A stretch of DNA of 64,000 nucleotides from an uncultured Flavobacteriaceae bacterium. GTDB lineage: Bacteria > Bacteroidota > Bacteroidia > Flavobacteriales > Flavobacteriaceae. The stretch is taken from positions 67,990-131,989 of the forward strand of contig CAWCGN010000010.1 in NCBI GenBank assembly GCA_963795025.1. Direction: 5' to 3'. Below the pieces are notes generated by a model, which was not told the origin of the DNA, did not search any database, and worked only from the letters and a program-made list of their open reading frames with translations. This document shows, piece by piece, positions 9,667 to 20,047 of the stretch. The translations under genes were made by a program, and so were the position numbers. Position 1 is the stretch's first letter, and the number at the start of each line of letters is the position of its first letter.

Positions 9667-10353
9667 ATGAAAAAGCTACTGATTTTCTTTTTAATTGTTC
9701 CAATGTACTGTTGGTCGCAATCTAATTTTGAAAAAGGGGAGAAGTTATTTCAATCCAAAAAATATAATGAAGCACAATTGATTTTTGAAGGAATTATAAA
9801 AAATAATCCATCAGATATAAAGTCATTGGAATATTTGGGAGATATTGCGGCACATCAAAAATCGTGGGTAAAAGGAGCTGAATATTTCAAAAAATTGAAA
9901 GAATTAAAACCCACAGTTGCTGATTATTTTTACAAATACGGTGGTTGTCTTGCGATGCGAGCTATGGAAATAAATAAGTTAAAAGCTTTAGGACTGGTTG
10001 ATGACATGAAAGAAGCATTTGAAAAAGCAATAATTTTGAATCCAAAACATATTCCTGCACGGTGGGCTTTAATTGAAATTTATTTGCAATTACCCGGAAT
10101 TTTTGGTGGAAGTGAATCGAAAGCATATTTTTATTCAAACGAATTAATGCAAATTTCGTCAGTCGATGGATATTTATCGAGAGGAAGAATTGATGAATAT
10201 TTTAAAAGATATACAGCAGCAGAAAAAAATTACATAAAGGGGAATGAAATTGGCAATTCAAAAGTCACATTTCAAAAATTATATAATTTATATTTGAACA
10301 AATTAAAAGACACAAAAAAAGCGCAGGATTTAAAACGAAAATTCGAAGCTTAA
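9667..10353 (+). CDS. Tetratricopeptide-repeat protein, exported
   Basis: Signal peptide and repeated TPR-like helices (YLGDIA...GAEYFKKL; AFEKAIILNPK). Confidence 0.7.
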   Translation: MKKLLIFFLIVPMYCWSQSNFEKGEKLFQSKKYNEAQLIFEGIIKNNPSDIKSLEYLGDIAAHQKSWVKGAEYFKKLKELKPTVADYFYKYGGCLAMRAMEINKLKALGLVDDMKEAFEKAIILNPKHIPARWALIEIYLQLPGIFGGSESKAYFYSNELMQISSVDGYLSRGRIDEYFKRYTAAEKNYIKGNEIGNSKVTFQKLYNLYLNKLKDTKKAQDLKRKFEA

Positions 10354-10387
10354 CATAAAAATATCTAAAGGCAAATTCTTTATTTAA

Positions 10388-10415
10388 TTGGAATTTGGAA
10401 CTTAATAATTGGAAT
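10388..10415. repeat. Degenerate 7-bp tandem repeat (TTGGAAT)
   Basis: ttggaat-ttggaac-ttaataa-ttggaat immediately before the mpl start. Confidence 0.5.
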
Positions 10416-10419
10416 TTAA

Positions 10420-11776
10420 ATGAAAACACATTTCATCGCGATAGGCGGAAGTGCCATGCACAACTTAGCATTAGCATTGCATAACAAAGGATATCAGGTT
10501 ACAGGAAGCGACGATGCTATTTTTGAACCTTCAAAATCAAGATTAGAAAAAAAAGGAATTTTGCCAGCTGAATTGGGTTGGTTTCCAGAAAAAATCACTG
10601 CCGATATCGATGCAATCATTTTAGGGATGCACGCAAAAGCAGATAATCCAGAATTGCTGAAAGCTCAGGAATTAGGATTGAAAATTTATTCGTATCCAGA
10701 GTTTTTATACGAACAGTCTAAAAATAAAACGCGTGTTGTTATTGGCGGTTCTCACGGAAAAACTACTATTACTTCGATGATTTTGCACGTAATGCATTAT
10801 CATAATATTGAGGTTGATTATATGGTAGGAGCACAGCTTGAAGGTTTTGACACCATGGTGCATCTTACTGAAGAAAATGATTTTATGGTTTTGGAAGGCG
10901 ATGAATATTTGTCATCTCCAATAGACAGACGCCCAAAATTTCATTTGTATCAGCCAAATATTGCGTTGATTTCAGGAATTGCATGGGACCATATTAATGT
11001 GTTTCCAACGTATGAAAATTACGTAGAGCAGTTTGAAATTTTTATTCAAAAAATTACAAATGGAGGGATTTTGGTTTACAACGAAAATGATCCAGAAGTA
11101 AAACGCGTTGCCGAAGCAGCTACAAATCCAATTCGTAAATTAGCGTATCATACTCCAGAATATACCGTAAGTGATGGTGTTACTTTATTAAAAACTCCAG
11201 AAGGCGACATGCCAATTGAAGTTTTTGGTGCTCATAATTTAAATAATCTTGCTGGAGCCAAATGGATCTGCCAAAACATGGGTGTTGATGAAGCTGATTT
11301 TTATGAAGCAATTGCAAGTTTCAAAGGCGCCTCTAAACGTTTAGAAAAAATCGCTGAAGGAAAAGGGAAAGTAGCCTATAAAGATTTTGCGCATTCGCCA
11401 AGTAAAGTTGCTGCAACTACAAAAGCGGTAAAAGAACAATACCCAAATAGAACTTTAGTGGCTTGTTTAGAGCTTCATACATACAGCAGTTTAAATGCAG
11501 AATTCTTGAAAGAATATGAAGGCGCTTTAGAATATGCTGATATTGCGGTTGTTTTTTATTCTCCAGATGCTGTAAAAATTAAACAACTAGAAGAAGTGAC
11601 TTACGAGCAAATTGCAAAAGCATTTAATCGTGAAGATCTTGTGATTTATACCAATCCAGCTGAATTCAAAGAATATTTATTCAATTTGAATTTAGATAAT
11701 TCGGCACTTATTATTAATGAGTTCTGGAAATTATGGCGGATTAAATTTCGATGAAGTAAAAGGTCTGATTAATTAG
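10420..11776 (+). CDS. mpl: Murein peptide ligase Mpl (MurC-family); +1 indel near 11710
   Basis: HFIAIGGSAM, GGSHGKTT P-loop, EGDEY, DFAHSPSK; the conserved C-terminal MSSGNYGG lies in the shifted frame, with TAG at 11774-11776. Confidence 0.8.
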
Positions 11777-11884
11777 AAAATTTGATAATTAGTCAATTAG
11801 ATAATACGCCGATTGTTTCAGACAATCGGCTTTTTTTTTGAATTTTCTCATTTTCTAATTTACTAATTGACACATTATCTAATT
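11771..11884. repeat. Inverted arrays of degenerate 8-mers (AATTAGAT / ATCTAATT) flanking a terminator
   Basis: aattagaa-aatttgat-aattagtc-aattagat (11771-11802) and ttctcatt-ttctaatt-tactaatt-gacacatt-atctaatt (11845-11884). Confidence 0.65.
11808..11839 (+). terminator. Rho-independent terminator after mpl
   Basis: gccgattgtt-tca-gacaatcggc followed by T9. Confidence 0.85.
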
Positions 11885-11951
11885 ATTATGTTTTTTGAGA
11901 GTTTTTTCTTTCTTTTTAATATATTCGCTTGCTAGAAAAATCATTTAGTTT

Positions 11952-12641
11952 ATGGAAGACACACATTTCCCAATTACCAATTGGTCAGAAGATGACCGGC
12001 CTCGTGAGAAATTAATGCTGAAAGGAAAAAGCGCTTTAAGTGACGCCGAGTTAATTGCAATTCTCATTGGTTCGGGAAGCCGAAATGAATCGGCTGTTGA
12101 TTTAAGCAAAAGAATTTTGAAGAATGCCGAAAATTTGAATGCTTTGGGAAAAATGTCGATTTCACAATTGATGAATTTTAAGGGAATAGGAGAGGCAAAG
12201 GCGATTGCAATTATTGCTGCTATGGAACTTGGGCGCCGTCGCCGTGCTGAAGACGCTGTCGAATTAATAAAAATTACGTCGAGCAAATTGGTTTTTGAAT
12301 TGATGGTTCCTATTATCGGTGAATTGGCTCATGAAGAATTTTGGGTGCTTTTTCTGAATAATTCTAATAAAGTGATTTCAAAATCTCAATTGAGCAAGGG
12401 CGGTATTACAGGAACTATAGTTGATGTTCGGCTGGTTTTTAAATTGGCACTTGAAAATGGAGCTACTGGCTTGATTTTGTGTCACAATCATCCGTCAGGC
12501 AATTTGTCTCCCAGCGAAGCTGATAAACAGATTACGAAACGAATAAAACACGCTGGCGAAAGTTTAGATGTTAAAGTTTTAGATCATTTGATTATTACTG
12601 AAACAAAATATTATAGTTTTGTAGATGAAGGAATTTTTTAG
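11952..12641 (+). CDS. radC: RadC / JAB(MPN) domain protein, full-length chromosomal type
   Basis: DRPREKL...LSDAELIAILIGSG N-terminus, HhH motif GIGEAKA, JAMM motif HNHPSG...S..D, VLDHLII. Confidence 0.92.
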   Translation: MEDTHFPITNWSEDDRPREKLMLKGKSALSDAELIAILIGSGSRNESAVDLSKRILKNAENLNALGKMSISQLMNFKGIGEAKAIAIIAAMELGRRRRAEDAVELIKITSSKLVFELMVPIIGELAHEEFWVLFLNNSNKVISKSQLSKGGITGTIVDVRLVFKLALENGATGLILCHNHPSGNLSPSEADKQITKRIKHAGESLDVKVLDHLIITETKYYSFVDEGIF

Positions 12642-12644
12642 ATT

Positions 12645-13331
12645 ATGAATACCACAATTACAGACGTTTTTTTTGATTTAGATCATACACTTTGGGATTT
12701 TGACAAAAATTCTGAAATGGCTTTCGATCGAATTTTTAAAGACAAATATCCCGAAATAAAAACAGAGGATTTTATTGAAAAATATATTCCTATCAATCAG
12801 TCCTGTTGGAAGTTATATCAAAATGATGAAATAACGCATACAGAACTTCGTTATAATAGACTGAAGTTTTCGTTTGATGCTTTGAATTGTCAAATTTCTG
12901 ATGAAAATATTAATCAAATTGCCAATTATTACATTGAGTTTTTAACCGATAATAATCATCTTTTTGATGGTGCAGTTGAGGTTTTAGAATACTTAAAACC
13001 AAAATATCGACTGCATATTATAACAAACGGTTTTGCGGGTGTTCAGGATAAAAAGATTAAGAATGCCTCACTTTCAAGTTATTTTGATACCATTACAAAT
13101 TCTGAATTAGCTGGTGTAAAAAAACCAAATAGTATTATCTTTGATTATGCTGTTAATTTGGCTCAAGCTTCAAAAGAAACAAGTATCATGATTGGAGACT
13201 GTTTAGATGCTGATGTGAATGGAGCATTAAATGCAGGCTTAGATGCCATTTTTTTTAATGAGAAGAAAATTGAAGTAGCTCAAAATATTAAACAAATAAA
13301 CCATTTATTAGAACTTAAAAAATATTTATAA
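12645..13331 (+). CDS. yjjG: YjjG family HAD noncanonical pyrimidine nucleotidase
   Basis: FDLDHTLWDF, IITNG, KKP, MIGDCLDADV. Confidence 0.88.
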   Translation: MNTTITDVFFDLDHTLWDFDKNSEMAFDRIFKDKYPEIKTEDFIEKYIPINQSCWKLYQNDEITHTELRYNRLKFSFDALNCQISDENINQIANYYIEFLTDNNHLFDGAVEVLEYLKPKYRLHIITNGFAGVQDKKIKNASLSSYFDTITNSELAGVKKPNSIIFDYAVNLAQASKETSIMIGDCLDADVNGALNAGLDAIFFNEKKIEVAQNIKQINHLLELKKYL

Positions 13332-14107
13332 TGATGAGAATTAAATTTTTGCTGACTGTACTTTTTATTTCAGTTATTGGATTTGCACAATCTGCGCAGT
13401 CTGTTAATGACTACAAAGCGGTTATTGTACCGTTGAGATATGATTTTTTAAAATCAGATAATCAATATAGAATGGCGACAATAAGCAAAGGAAATTTAAC
13501 TAAAGCGGGTTTTCAGGCTTTTTATGCAAATGAAGAACTTCCTGCTGAATTTGCAGACCGTTGTCAGCTTTTATACATCGACGTAAGAAAAGACAATGCA
13601 TTTTTAGTAACGAAACTTTTTGTTGAGCTAAAAGATTGTTATGGTAAAGTGATTTACACTTCTGAAGTTGGTAAAAGCAAAGAAAAAGATTATGAGGTAG
13701 CTTACAGAGAAAGCTTAAATATGGCTTTTATTTCAGTAGATGGCCTTCATTATAAATATAGCGGCAAAACTGTAGCGCCAAACCCAAGAGCTGGGATGGT
13801 TACTGCGGCTCCAGTTGCAGTTGCTGCTGCGGTAACGCCTGCGGTTCAGCAATCTGTAACGCCAACTCCAGTTGCTGATGTTACAGATCCAAACTTGCTT
13901 TATGCACAACCAACAGACAATGGATTTCAATTAATTGACAAAACACCAAAAGTGGTAATGAAATTATTGAAAACTTCGCGCCCAGATTCATTTATCGCTA
14001 TTAAAGATGGTGTTCAGGGAACTTTAAATGCAAAAGACAATCAGTGGTTTTTTGAATATTATCAGAATGACAAATTAGTTTCTGAAAAAGTTTCAGTTAA
14101 ATTCTAA
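13331..14107 (+). CDS. Exported hypothetical protein
   Basis: Signal peptide, Pro/Ala/Thr-rich linker, 258-aa ORF coupled to yjjG. Confidence 0.7.
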   Translation: MMRIKFLLTVLFISVIGFAQSAQSVNDYKAVIVPLRYDFLKSDNQYRMATISKGNLTKAGFQAFYANEELPAEFADRCQLLYIDVRKDNAFLVTKLFVELKDCYGKVIYTSEVGKSKEKDYEVAYRESLNMAFISVDGLHYKYSGKTVAPNPRAGMVTAAPVAVAAAVTPAVQQSVTPTPVADVTDPNLLYAQPTDNGFQLIDKTPKVVMKLLKTSRPDSFIAIKDGVQGTLNAKDNQWFFEYYQNDKLVSEKVSVKF

Positions 14108-14122
14108 ATATAAAATCTGGTT

Positions 14123-15400
14123 TTAATAACCATATTTATCTTTCCAACGGTTCTTTAAAAATTCGCGGTTGCTGTTCTCTCGAGAATTGTTTCCCGGATT
14201 GTAAAGAACCGTTTCTTTTACAGCATCGGGCAAAAATTCCTGTTCAGCAAAATTATTGGCATAGTCATGCGAGTATTTATAATCGTCGCCATAGCCTAAT
14301 TCTTTCATCAATTTAGTCGGTGCATTTCGTAAATGAATTGGAACCGGTAGATCGCCAGTTTGTTTTACTAATTGCTGTGCATTTCCAATTGCCATATAAG
14401 ATGCATTGCTTTTAGGAGAAGTTGCTAAATAAATGGCACATTGGCTTAAAATAATTCGACTTTCTGGGTAACCAATAGTCGTTACGGCCTGAAAAGTATT
14501 ATTTGCCATAATAAATGCAGTTGGATTTGCATTTCCAATATCTTCGCTGGATAGAATAAGCATTCTTCGGGCAATGAATTTTACATCTTCACCACCTTCA
14601 ATCATTCGCGCAAGCCAATAAACCGCTCCATTTGGATCGCTCCCACGAATTGATTTTATAAAAGCCGAAATAATATCATAATGTTGTTCACCTGTTTTGT
14701 CATATAAAACAGTATTTTGTTGAACTAATTGAAAAACGCGATCATTTGTAATCGTGATTTCATGACCTTCAGAAGCATTGATAACGAGTTCAAAAATATT
14801 CAGCAGTTTTCTGCCATCTCCGCCAGAAAGTCGCAATAAAGCTTCCGTTTCCTTTAAAATTATTTTTTTTGATGCCAGATAAGCGTCTGCTTTCATTGCG
14901 CGATGCAATAATGCTTCCAAATCATCTTTTGTGAATGCATTTAAAATGTAAACCTGACAGCGAGATAATAGTGCCGGAATAACTTCAAAACTTGGATTTT
15001 CGGTGGTTGCGCCAATCAATGTAATCCAGCCTTTTTCAACGGCAGCTAAAAGCGAGTCTTGCTGTGATTTACTGAAACGATGAATCTCATCAATAAATAA
15101 AATAGGATTTTTGGCAGTAAATAATCCGCCACTTTGTTTGGCTTTATCAATAACATCCCGAATATCTTTTACGCCAGAATTAATAGCACTTAATATATAA
15201 AATGGACGTTTGGATTCTTGTGCAATAATTTGTGCCAAAGTAGTTTTTCCGGTGCCTGGCGGTCCCCAAAAGATTAGAGAGGGAATAATTCCTTTTGAAA
15301 TTTGCTGTGTCAAAGATCCGTTAGGGCCAACTAAATGACTCTGACTTACATAATCTTCTAATTTTTGTGGGCGAATACGCTCTGCTAAGGGTGCTTCCAT
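14123..15400 (-). CDS. rarA: Replication-associated recombination protein A (AAA+ ATPase, MgsA)
   Basis: [48 protein letters not shown]. Confidence 0.95.
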   Translation of the reverse strand: MEAPLAERIRPQKLEDYVSQSHLVGPNGSLTQQISKGIIPSLIFWGPPGTGKTTLAQIIAQESKRPFYILSAINSGVKDIRDVIDKAKQSGGLFTAKNPILFIDEIHRFSKSQQDSLLAAVEKGWITLIGATTENPSFEVIPALLSRCQVYILNAFTKDDLEALLHRAMKADAYLASKKIILKETEALLRLSGGDGRKLLNIFELVINASEGHEITITNDRVFQLVQQNTVLYDKTGEQHYDIISAFIKSIRGSDPNGAVYWLARMIEGGEDVKFIARRMLILSSEDIGNANPTAFIMANNTFQAVTTIGYPESRIILSQCAIYLATSPKSNASYMAIGNAQQLVKQTGDLPVPIHLRNAPTKLMKELGYGDDYKYSHDYANNFAEQEFLPDAVKETVLYNPGNNSRENSNREFLKNRWKDKYGY

Positions 15401-15569
15401 TTTGTAAAATTAGTATTTTCAATTCTAAAACTGAATTTTTGAAAGTTAAAACAAATCATTCAGTGAAGGATTGTTACAATCTGAGACATGTTTTATAATA
15501 TGACAAATTATCAGTAAATTAGATTTGGATAGTTTTTTGATGCCAATAATTGAACTGATTTCTTAAAAC

Positions 15570-16338
15570 ATGAATGATAAAGATTTTAAATTTTCTACTG
15601 CCGTAATTGGGCTTCCTGTTTTTTTTGTCCTTTTTTTATGGATCATTTATTGGTTTCAGATTCGTTTCGATTTTGATTTTTATCAAAATGGAATTTATCC
15701 AAGGGATTTTTCAGGTTTGCAGGGTATTTTATTTAGTCCTTTTATTCATGAAAATCTCGAACATCTTGTATAATAATTCCATTCCGCTTTTAGTTTTACT
15801 TGCAGCGTTGCAGTTTTTTTATCCTAAGCAGACAATTCCTGTTATTGGTTATGGAATTTTATTTTCAGGTTTAATTACCTGGATTATTGGTCGTGAAAAT
15901 TATCATATTGGTGCAAGCGGATTGATTTATGTTTTGGTGAGTTTTATTTTCTTTAAAGGAATTCAGACAGGTTATTATCGTTTAGTTGCTCTTTCACTTT
16001 CTGTAATTTTATTGTATGGAGGAATGATCTGGTATGTTTTTCCAGATGTTGATGCTGCGATTTCATGGGAAGGACATTTAGGTGGTTTTATTACGGGTTT
16101 TGCATTGTCATTGTTTTATAAAACGCCAGAGTACACTAAACCTATTGTTTATGATTGGCAAAAGCCAGATTTTAATCCGGAAGAAGATGCTTTTATGAAA
16201 CATTTTGATGAAAACGGAAATTTCGTAAATACTGAGGTTCCTGAGGAAGAACCAGAGTTAGGCAATAATTACTTTAGTTCAAGTTTTCCTGTGATTTATG
16301 TTGTCACAAAATCTGAATCTGAGGATAATAGGAAATAA
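15570..16338 (+). CDS. Rhomboid intramembrane serine protease; one indel near 15770
   Basis: Two overlapping ORFs join to give SPFIH...HL..NS, the GASG catalytic motif and SWEGHLGG. Confidence 0.85.
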
Positions 16339-16404
16339 CAATTCTTCATTTGACTTAAAAAAGATTATTTTTGTCAGTGATATTCTAATTTTATTTGACT
16401 AGAT

Positions 16405-16911
16405 ATGAAGAAGATAGGGTTTGTTTTTATTGTTTTGTTCTTTTTAATAAACATTAAAGCTATTGCACAATGTAATATTAAAAATAGAATATTAGCCGAT
16501 GGTTCAATGGTGTATTATTTTGATCCTGAAGTTTTTTATACGACAAATTCAAAATCCTTAAAAATTAATATTGTAACAGATAAAGAGCATTATTTTATAG
16601 CATTACAGCCAACGCCATTTCCATCGAAAAAGGAAGGAAAAAAAATTAAAGATGATTTAATTATGCACTTGGCAGATAATAAAATATATAACTTGAAACA
16701 TTATGATACGCAGTATATCAAAAATGATTCAATAATGCAGGTTTTATATTTAATTGACGATAAAGATCTGAACTCGTTTTCTAAATTTGAAGCAGTTTCT
16801 GCTGAAATTAAAATGGAAGGAACTGATTTTGTAAGAGAATTTAATTTTAAATTGCATAAACGTGCAATTATAAGACAGCTTGCTTGTTTTTTGAAAGAAG
16901 ATAAAGAATAA
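16405..16911 (+). CDS. Exported hypothetical protein
   Basis: 168-aa ORF with signal peptide; no motif recognised. Confidence 0.65.
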   Translation: MKKIGFVFIVLFFLINIKAIAQCNIKNRILADGSMVYYFDPEVFYTTNSKSLKINIVTDKEHYFIALQPTPFPSKKEGKKIKDDLIMHLADNKIYNLKHYDTQYIKNDSIMQVLYLIDDKDLNSFSKFEAVSAEIKMEGTDFVREFNFKLHKRAIIRQLACFLKEDKE

Positions 16912-16915
16912 ATAA

Positions 16916-17719
16916 TTATTCATCTTCTGTTACAGGCTCATTAGAGTGAAATAATTTTTTATTTAGCTTTTTAAAAAGATTATTAAATGTCAAAGTAAGT
17001 GATGCTGCATTTACAATCTGATTGCCATTATTTCTAGGGAGATATTCGTTAGCATATGTTAACTCAACTTGAATATCATCAGTAAATAAATAACCGGCTC
17101 CAAGGTTTAATCTGTTTCGGTCAAAAAAACTTTCTCCAGTTACTTTAGCTCCTGATTTGAAATAGACTTCTTCTGAGGCAATTGCATAAACAACGCCTTC
17201 TCTAAGGATTTTACTGTTAATTGGCTTTAAATATTTTATTTGCTGGCGATAGCGTATTACGTTATCATAGTTTCCATCTTCATTTCGCAAATGCCTCAAT
17301 TCAAGTCTCATTCTGGTACTTAAAGTGTAGCCTGTTTTATGGAAATAATAGATGCCTTGTAACGCAAATCTCCATTCTGGCGATTCAAACTGACCAATTT
17401 CAGGGACGTCTTTATTATGATTATAAGCTAAAAATGAAGAAAGTTTCCAGCGTGGAGTTAAGTAATAATGTCCCCAGCCTCTTAGAGATCTTTGAATGTT
17501 TTCTTGAAAAATATTTGAAGAAGATTCTGTACTGCTATAAGCAGCACCAATGTTTAATTCAACAGACCATTTTTTGTTAATAGTGTTGTTGAATTGGTAC
17601 TCGTTCCAAAATTGATTGTAAGTAGTTGTTTGTCCATAAGCAATACTTGTAATCAATAAAATTACAAGTATTGAAATGTTTTTTTTGAGCGATATGTTAT
17701 GAGTATTTTTTGAAGACAT
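16916..17719 (-). CDS. DUF2490-like outer-membrane beta-barrel protein
   Basis: Signal peptide; EWRFALQ, R.RLELR, RYRQQ, FDRNRLNLGAGY motifs. Confidence 0.75.
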   Translation of the reverse strand: MSSKNTHNISLKKNISILVILLITSIAYGQTTTYNQFWNEYQFNNTINKKWSVELNIGAAYSSTESSSNIFQENIQRSLRGWGHYYLTPRWKLSSFLAYNHNKDVPEIGQFESPEWRFALQGIYYFHKTGYTLSTRMRLELRHLRNEDGNYDNVIRYRQQIKYLKPINSKILREGVVYAIASEEVYFKSGAKVTGESFFDRNRLNLGAGYLFTDDIQVELTYANEYLPRNNGNQIVNAASLTLTFNNLFKKLNKKLFHSNEPVTEDE

Positions 17720-17772
17720 TAATTGGAATATTTATTTGTCATCTTAACTCTCTCAATCTTTTTAACTTCTTT

Positions 17773-18508
17773 TTAACTTCTTTGACGAACAGCTTCGTAT
17801 AAAAAGGCACCACAAGCGACAGAAACATTTAAAGATCCTATAGAACCAAACATTGGCAACTTAGCTTTTTCGTCTACAATTTTAAGTACTGATGGATTAA
17901 TTCCTCTGTCTTCAGAACCCATTATAATTGCTACAGGTTCGTTTAAGAGTTATGTCATAGATATTTTGATCTGTTTTTTCAGTAGCAGCAACCGTTTTGA
18001 TTCCAGATCCCTGCAAATAAAATATTGCATCTTTAATATGTTCAACTTTACATATTGGAACATTAAAAACAGCTCCAGCAGAAGTTTTTACAGTATCACC
18101 GTTCACAGGAGCAGAACCTGCTTTTTGAACAATGATCCCATTTACTCCAGTACACTCTGCAGTTCTGATAATAGCCCCAAAATTTCTTGCGTCAGAAATC
18201 TGATCTAAAATTAAAAATAAAGGTTTTGAACCAGATTCAATTGTCGATTCAACTAAATGTTCTAATTCAATAAAACCAATAGGAGATATTGTAGCAACAG
18301 CACCTTGATGGTTATTTGGAGTCAAGCGATTCAATTTTTCAACCGGTACATAAGAGAAATTAATGTTAGCGCGTTTCATCACTTTCATTAAATCTTTCAT
18401 TAATTCTCCAGAAATTTCTTTTTGTATAAATACTTTGTCAACTTCTTTTCCTGCCTGAATTGCCTCTATAATGGCTCTAATTCCAAATATTTGATGTTCT
18501 TTTTCCAT
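17773..18508 (-). CDS. rlmB: 23S rRNA (Gm2251) 2'-O-methyltransferase RlmB; indel near 17945
   Basis: IFGIRAIIEAI, NHQG, LDQISDARNFGAIIRTA, KTSAGA; GSEDRG and SLNVSVA follow in the shifted frame, ending RQRS-stop at 17773. Confidence 0.9.
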
Positions 18509-18540
18509 GATGCAAATATAGGTATATTGTTTATATAAAA

Positions 18541-18571
18541 AAAAACCACTCTGAATGAACAGAGTGGTTTT
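18541..18571 (-). terminator. Terminator after susD
   Basis: aaaaccactctg-aatgaa-cagagtggtttt with an A-tract on the plus strand (U-tract on minus). Confidence 0.8.
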
Positions 18572-18595
18572 AATATTAAGTTTTTCGGTCTAAAA

Positions 18596-20041
18596 TTAGA
18601 ATTTATCCCAGAAAAGTTTTGTAGTTAACAAATCTCCACCGATTGCTGTAGAAGCAGCTTTCCAGTTTGTATTGTTTACTTGTTGCTCAAGAACTGGGTA
18701 AGTCATTCTTACAGGAACTTTACCACCTGCATTTGTAATTGCAGAAGCAGGAGCTAATAAAACAGGGAAATCTAATCTTCTCCAGAAATTCCAAGAAGTT
18801 AAAGGTTGGTTATACATAGCAACCCAAGCTTGTTCTCCAATAGATTTTTTCCAGTTTACAGCATCATAAGGATGAGCAACAAGGTAAGTTGCAGCTTCTG
18901 CATCAGTACCACCCCATTCTTTGATAGAAGCAGTAACTGCAGTAGCATAAGATGCAGCAGCTGATCCTGGAGTCCAACGAGCATTTGCTTCAGTAATATA
19001 GAATGCAACCTCAGTGTAGTTTAATATAACACCTGGAGTAGTTTCCTCATAACCGAAACCTGCTGTATGTGAATAAACACGGAAGCTACCTGGTAAACCA
19101 ATTACTTGACCTTTGTATACACCTGAACCATCAGCGGCTTTAGTGTAGTATTTACCAATTCTTGGATCACTAGATGCATTCATGTAGTCAACCATTGGTT
19201 TCCCAGCAATGAAGTCATTTCTAGTAGATAAGTTTTCGAATAAAGGGTTGAAATTTGGAGAGTCTGACAAGTACTGGAATTGGCAATTGTCATTAGCAGA
19301 TGTCATTACACCAGCAGCGATAGCAGCTTGTGCTGTAGTTTGTGCTAATGCAGGGTTTGAATCTGCAATTGCAATTCCAAGTTTCAATTTTAAAGAGTTA
19401 GCAAATACAGTCCATTTTGCAATATCTCCATGGTAAAGTTGTTCTCCTTCATCAAAACTTTCGAAACCTTCAGCATTAGTATCTAAAGCAGCGATATCTT
19501 TATTGATTCTTGCAATTAAATCTGTGTAGATTGTAGCTGCATCATCATAAGCTGGCAATGGGTATTTGTCAAGATTTGCTGCTTGAGTATAAGGAATATT
19601 TCCAAAAGTATCTACTAAAATTTGATAAGTATAAACTTGCATGATATCAATCATCGCTAGTTGATTCTTTTTGTTAAGTTCCCATCCTGGAGCTTCAGTA
19701 ATGCTAGGTACATATGCATTGATGATTTCTTTAGCTTTACCTAAATTGTTCAATACGTTTACATAATTATCTCTGTAGATTTGGTTAGAAACGTTACGGT
19801 TTGTAAAGTCGTAGTTACTTTCGTTTACATAAATTGTTTCTTGCCAATATTGCATCGTTAGTCTGAAATTATTCTCATTTACGTTAGGTGTATTTACATA
19901 GTCACTTAACTCTTTTTGAGCGTAATTTACAAGCGACCCAGGTACGGTTGAGTACGCACTGTTTGGATCTGTATTTATATCGTCACTAACACAGGCTGTC
20001 ATCGACAAACCAATTGTTAGTATTGCTATTATCTTTTTCAT
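18596..20041 (-). CDS. SusD/RagB family nutrient-binding lipoprotein (SusD-like_2 type)
   Basis: Lipobox MTAC, INTDPN, LVDTFGNIPY, WNFWRRLDFP, VPVRMTYP, KLFWD. Confidence 0.92.
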   Translation of the reverse strand: MKKIIAILTIGLSMTACVSDDINTDPNSAYSTVPGSLVNYAQKELSDYVNTPNVNENNFRLTMQYWQETIYVNESNYDFTNRNVSNQIYRDNYVNVLNNLGKAKEIINAYVPSITEAPGWELNKKNQLAMIDIMQVYTYQILVDTFGNIPYTQAANLDKYPLPAYDDAATIYTDLIARINKDIAALDTNAEGFESFDEGEQLYHGDIAKWTVFANSLKLKLGIAIADSNPALAQTTAQAAIAAGVMTSANDNCQFQYLSDSPNFNPLFENLSTRNDFIAGKPMVDYMNASSDPRIGKYYTKAADGSGVYKGQVIGLPGSFRVYSHTAGFGYEETTPGVILNYTEVAFYITEANARWTPGSAAASYATAVTASIKEWGGTDAEAATYLVAHPYDAVNWKKSIGEQAWVAMYNQPLTSWNFWRRLDFPVLLAPASAITNAGGKVPVRMTYPVLEQQVNNTNWKAASTAIGGDLLTTKLFWDKF

Positions 20042-20047
20042 TTTTTT

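Noticed and set aside
11952-12641. RadC/JAB as marker of a mobile element or CBASS-like defence system
   Set aside because: Full-length chromosomal RadC with HhH N-terminus in a housekeeping context; no E1/E2, cyclase or integrase nearby
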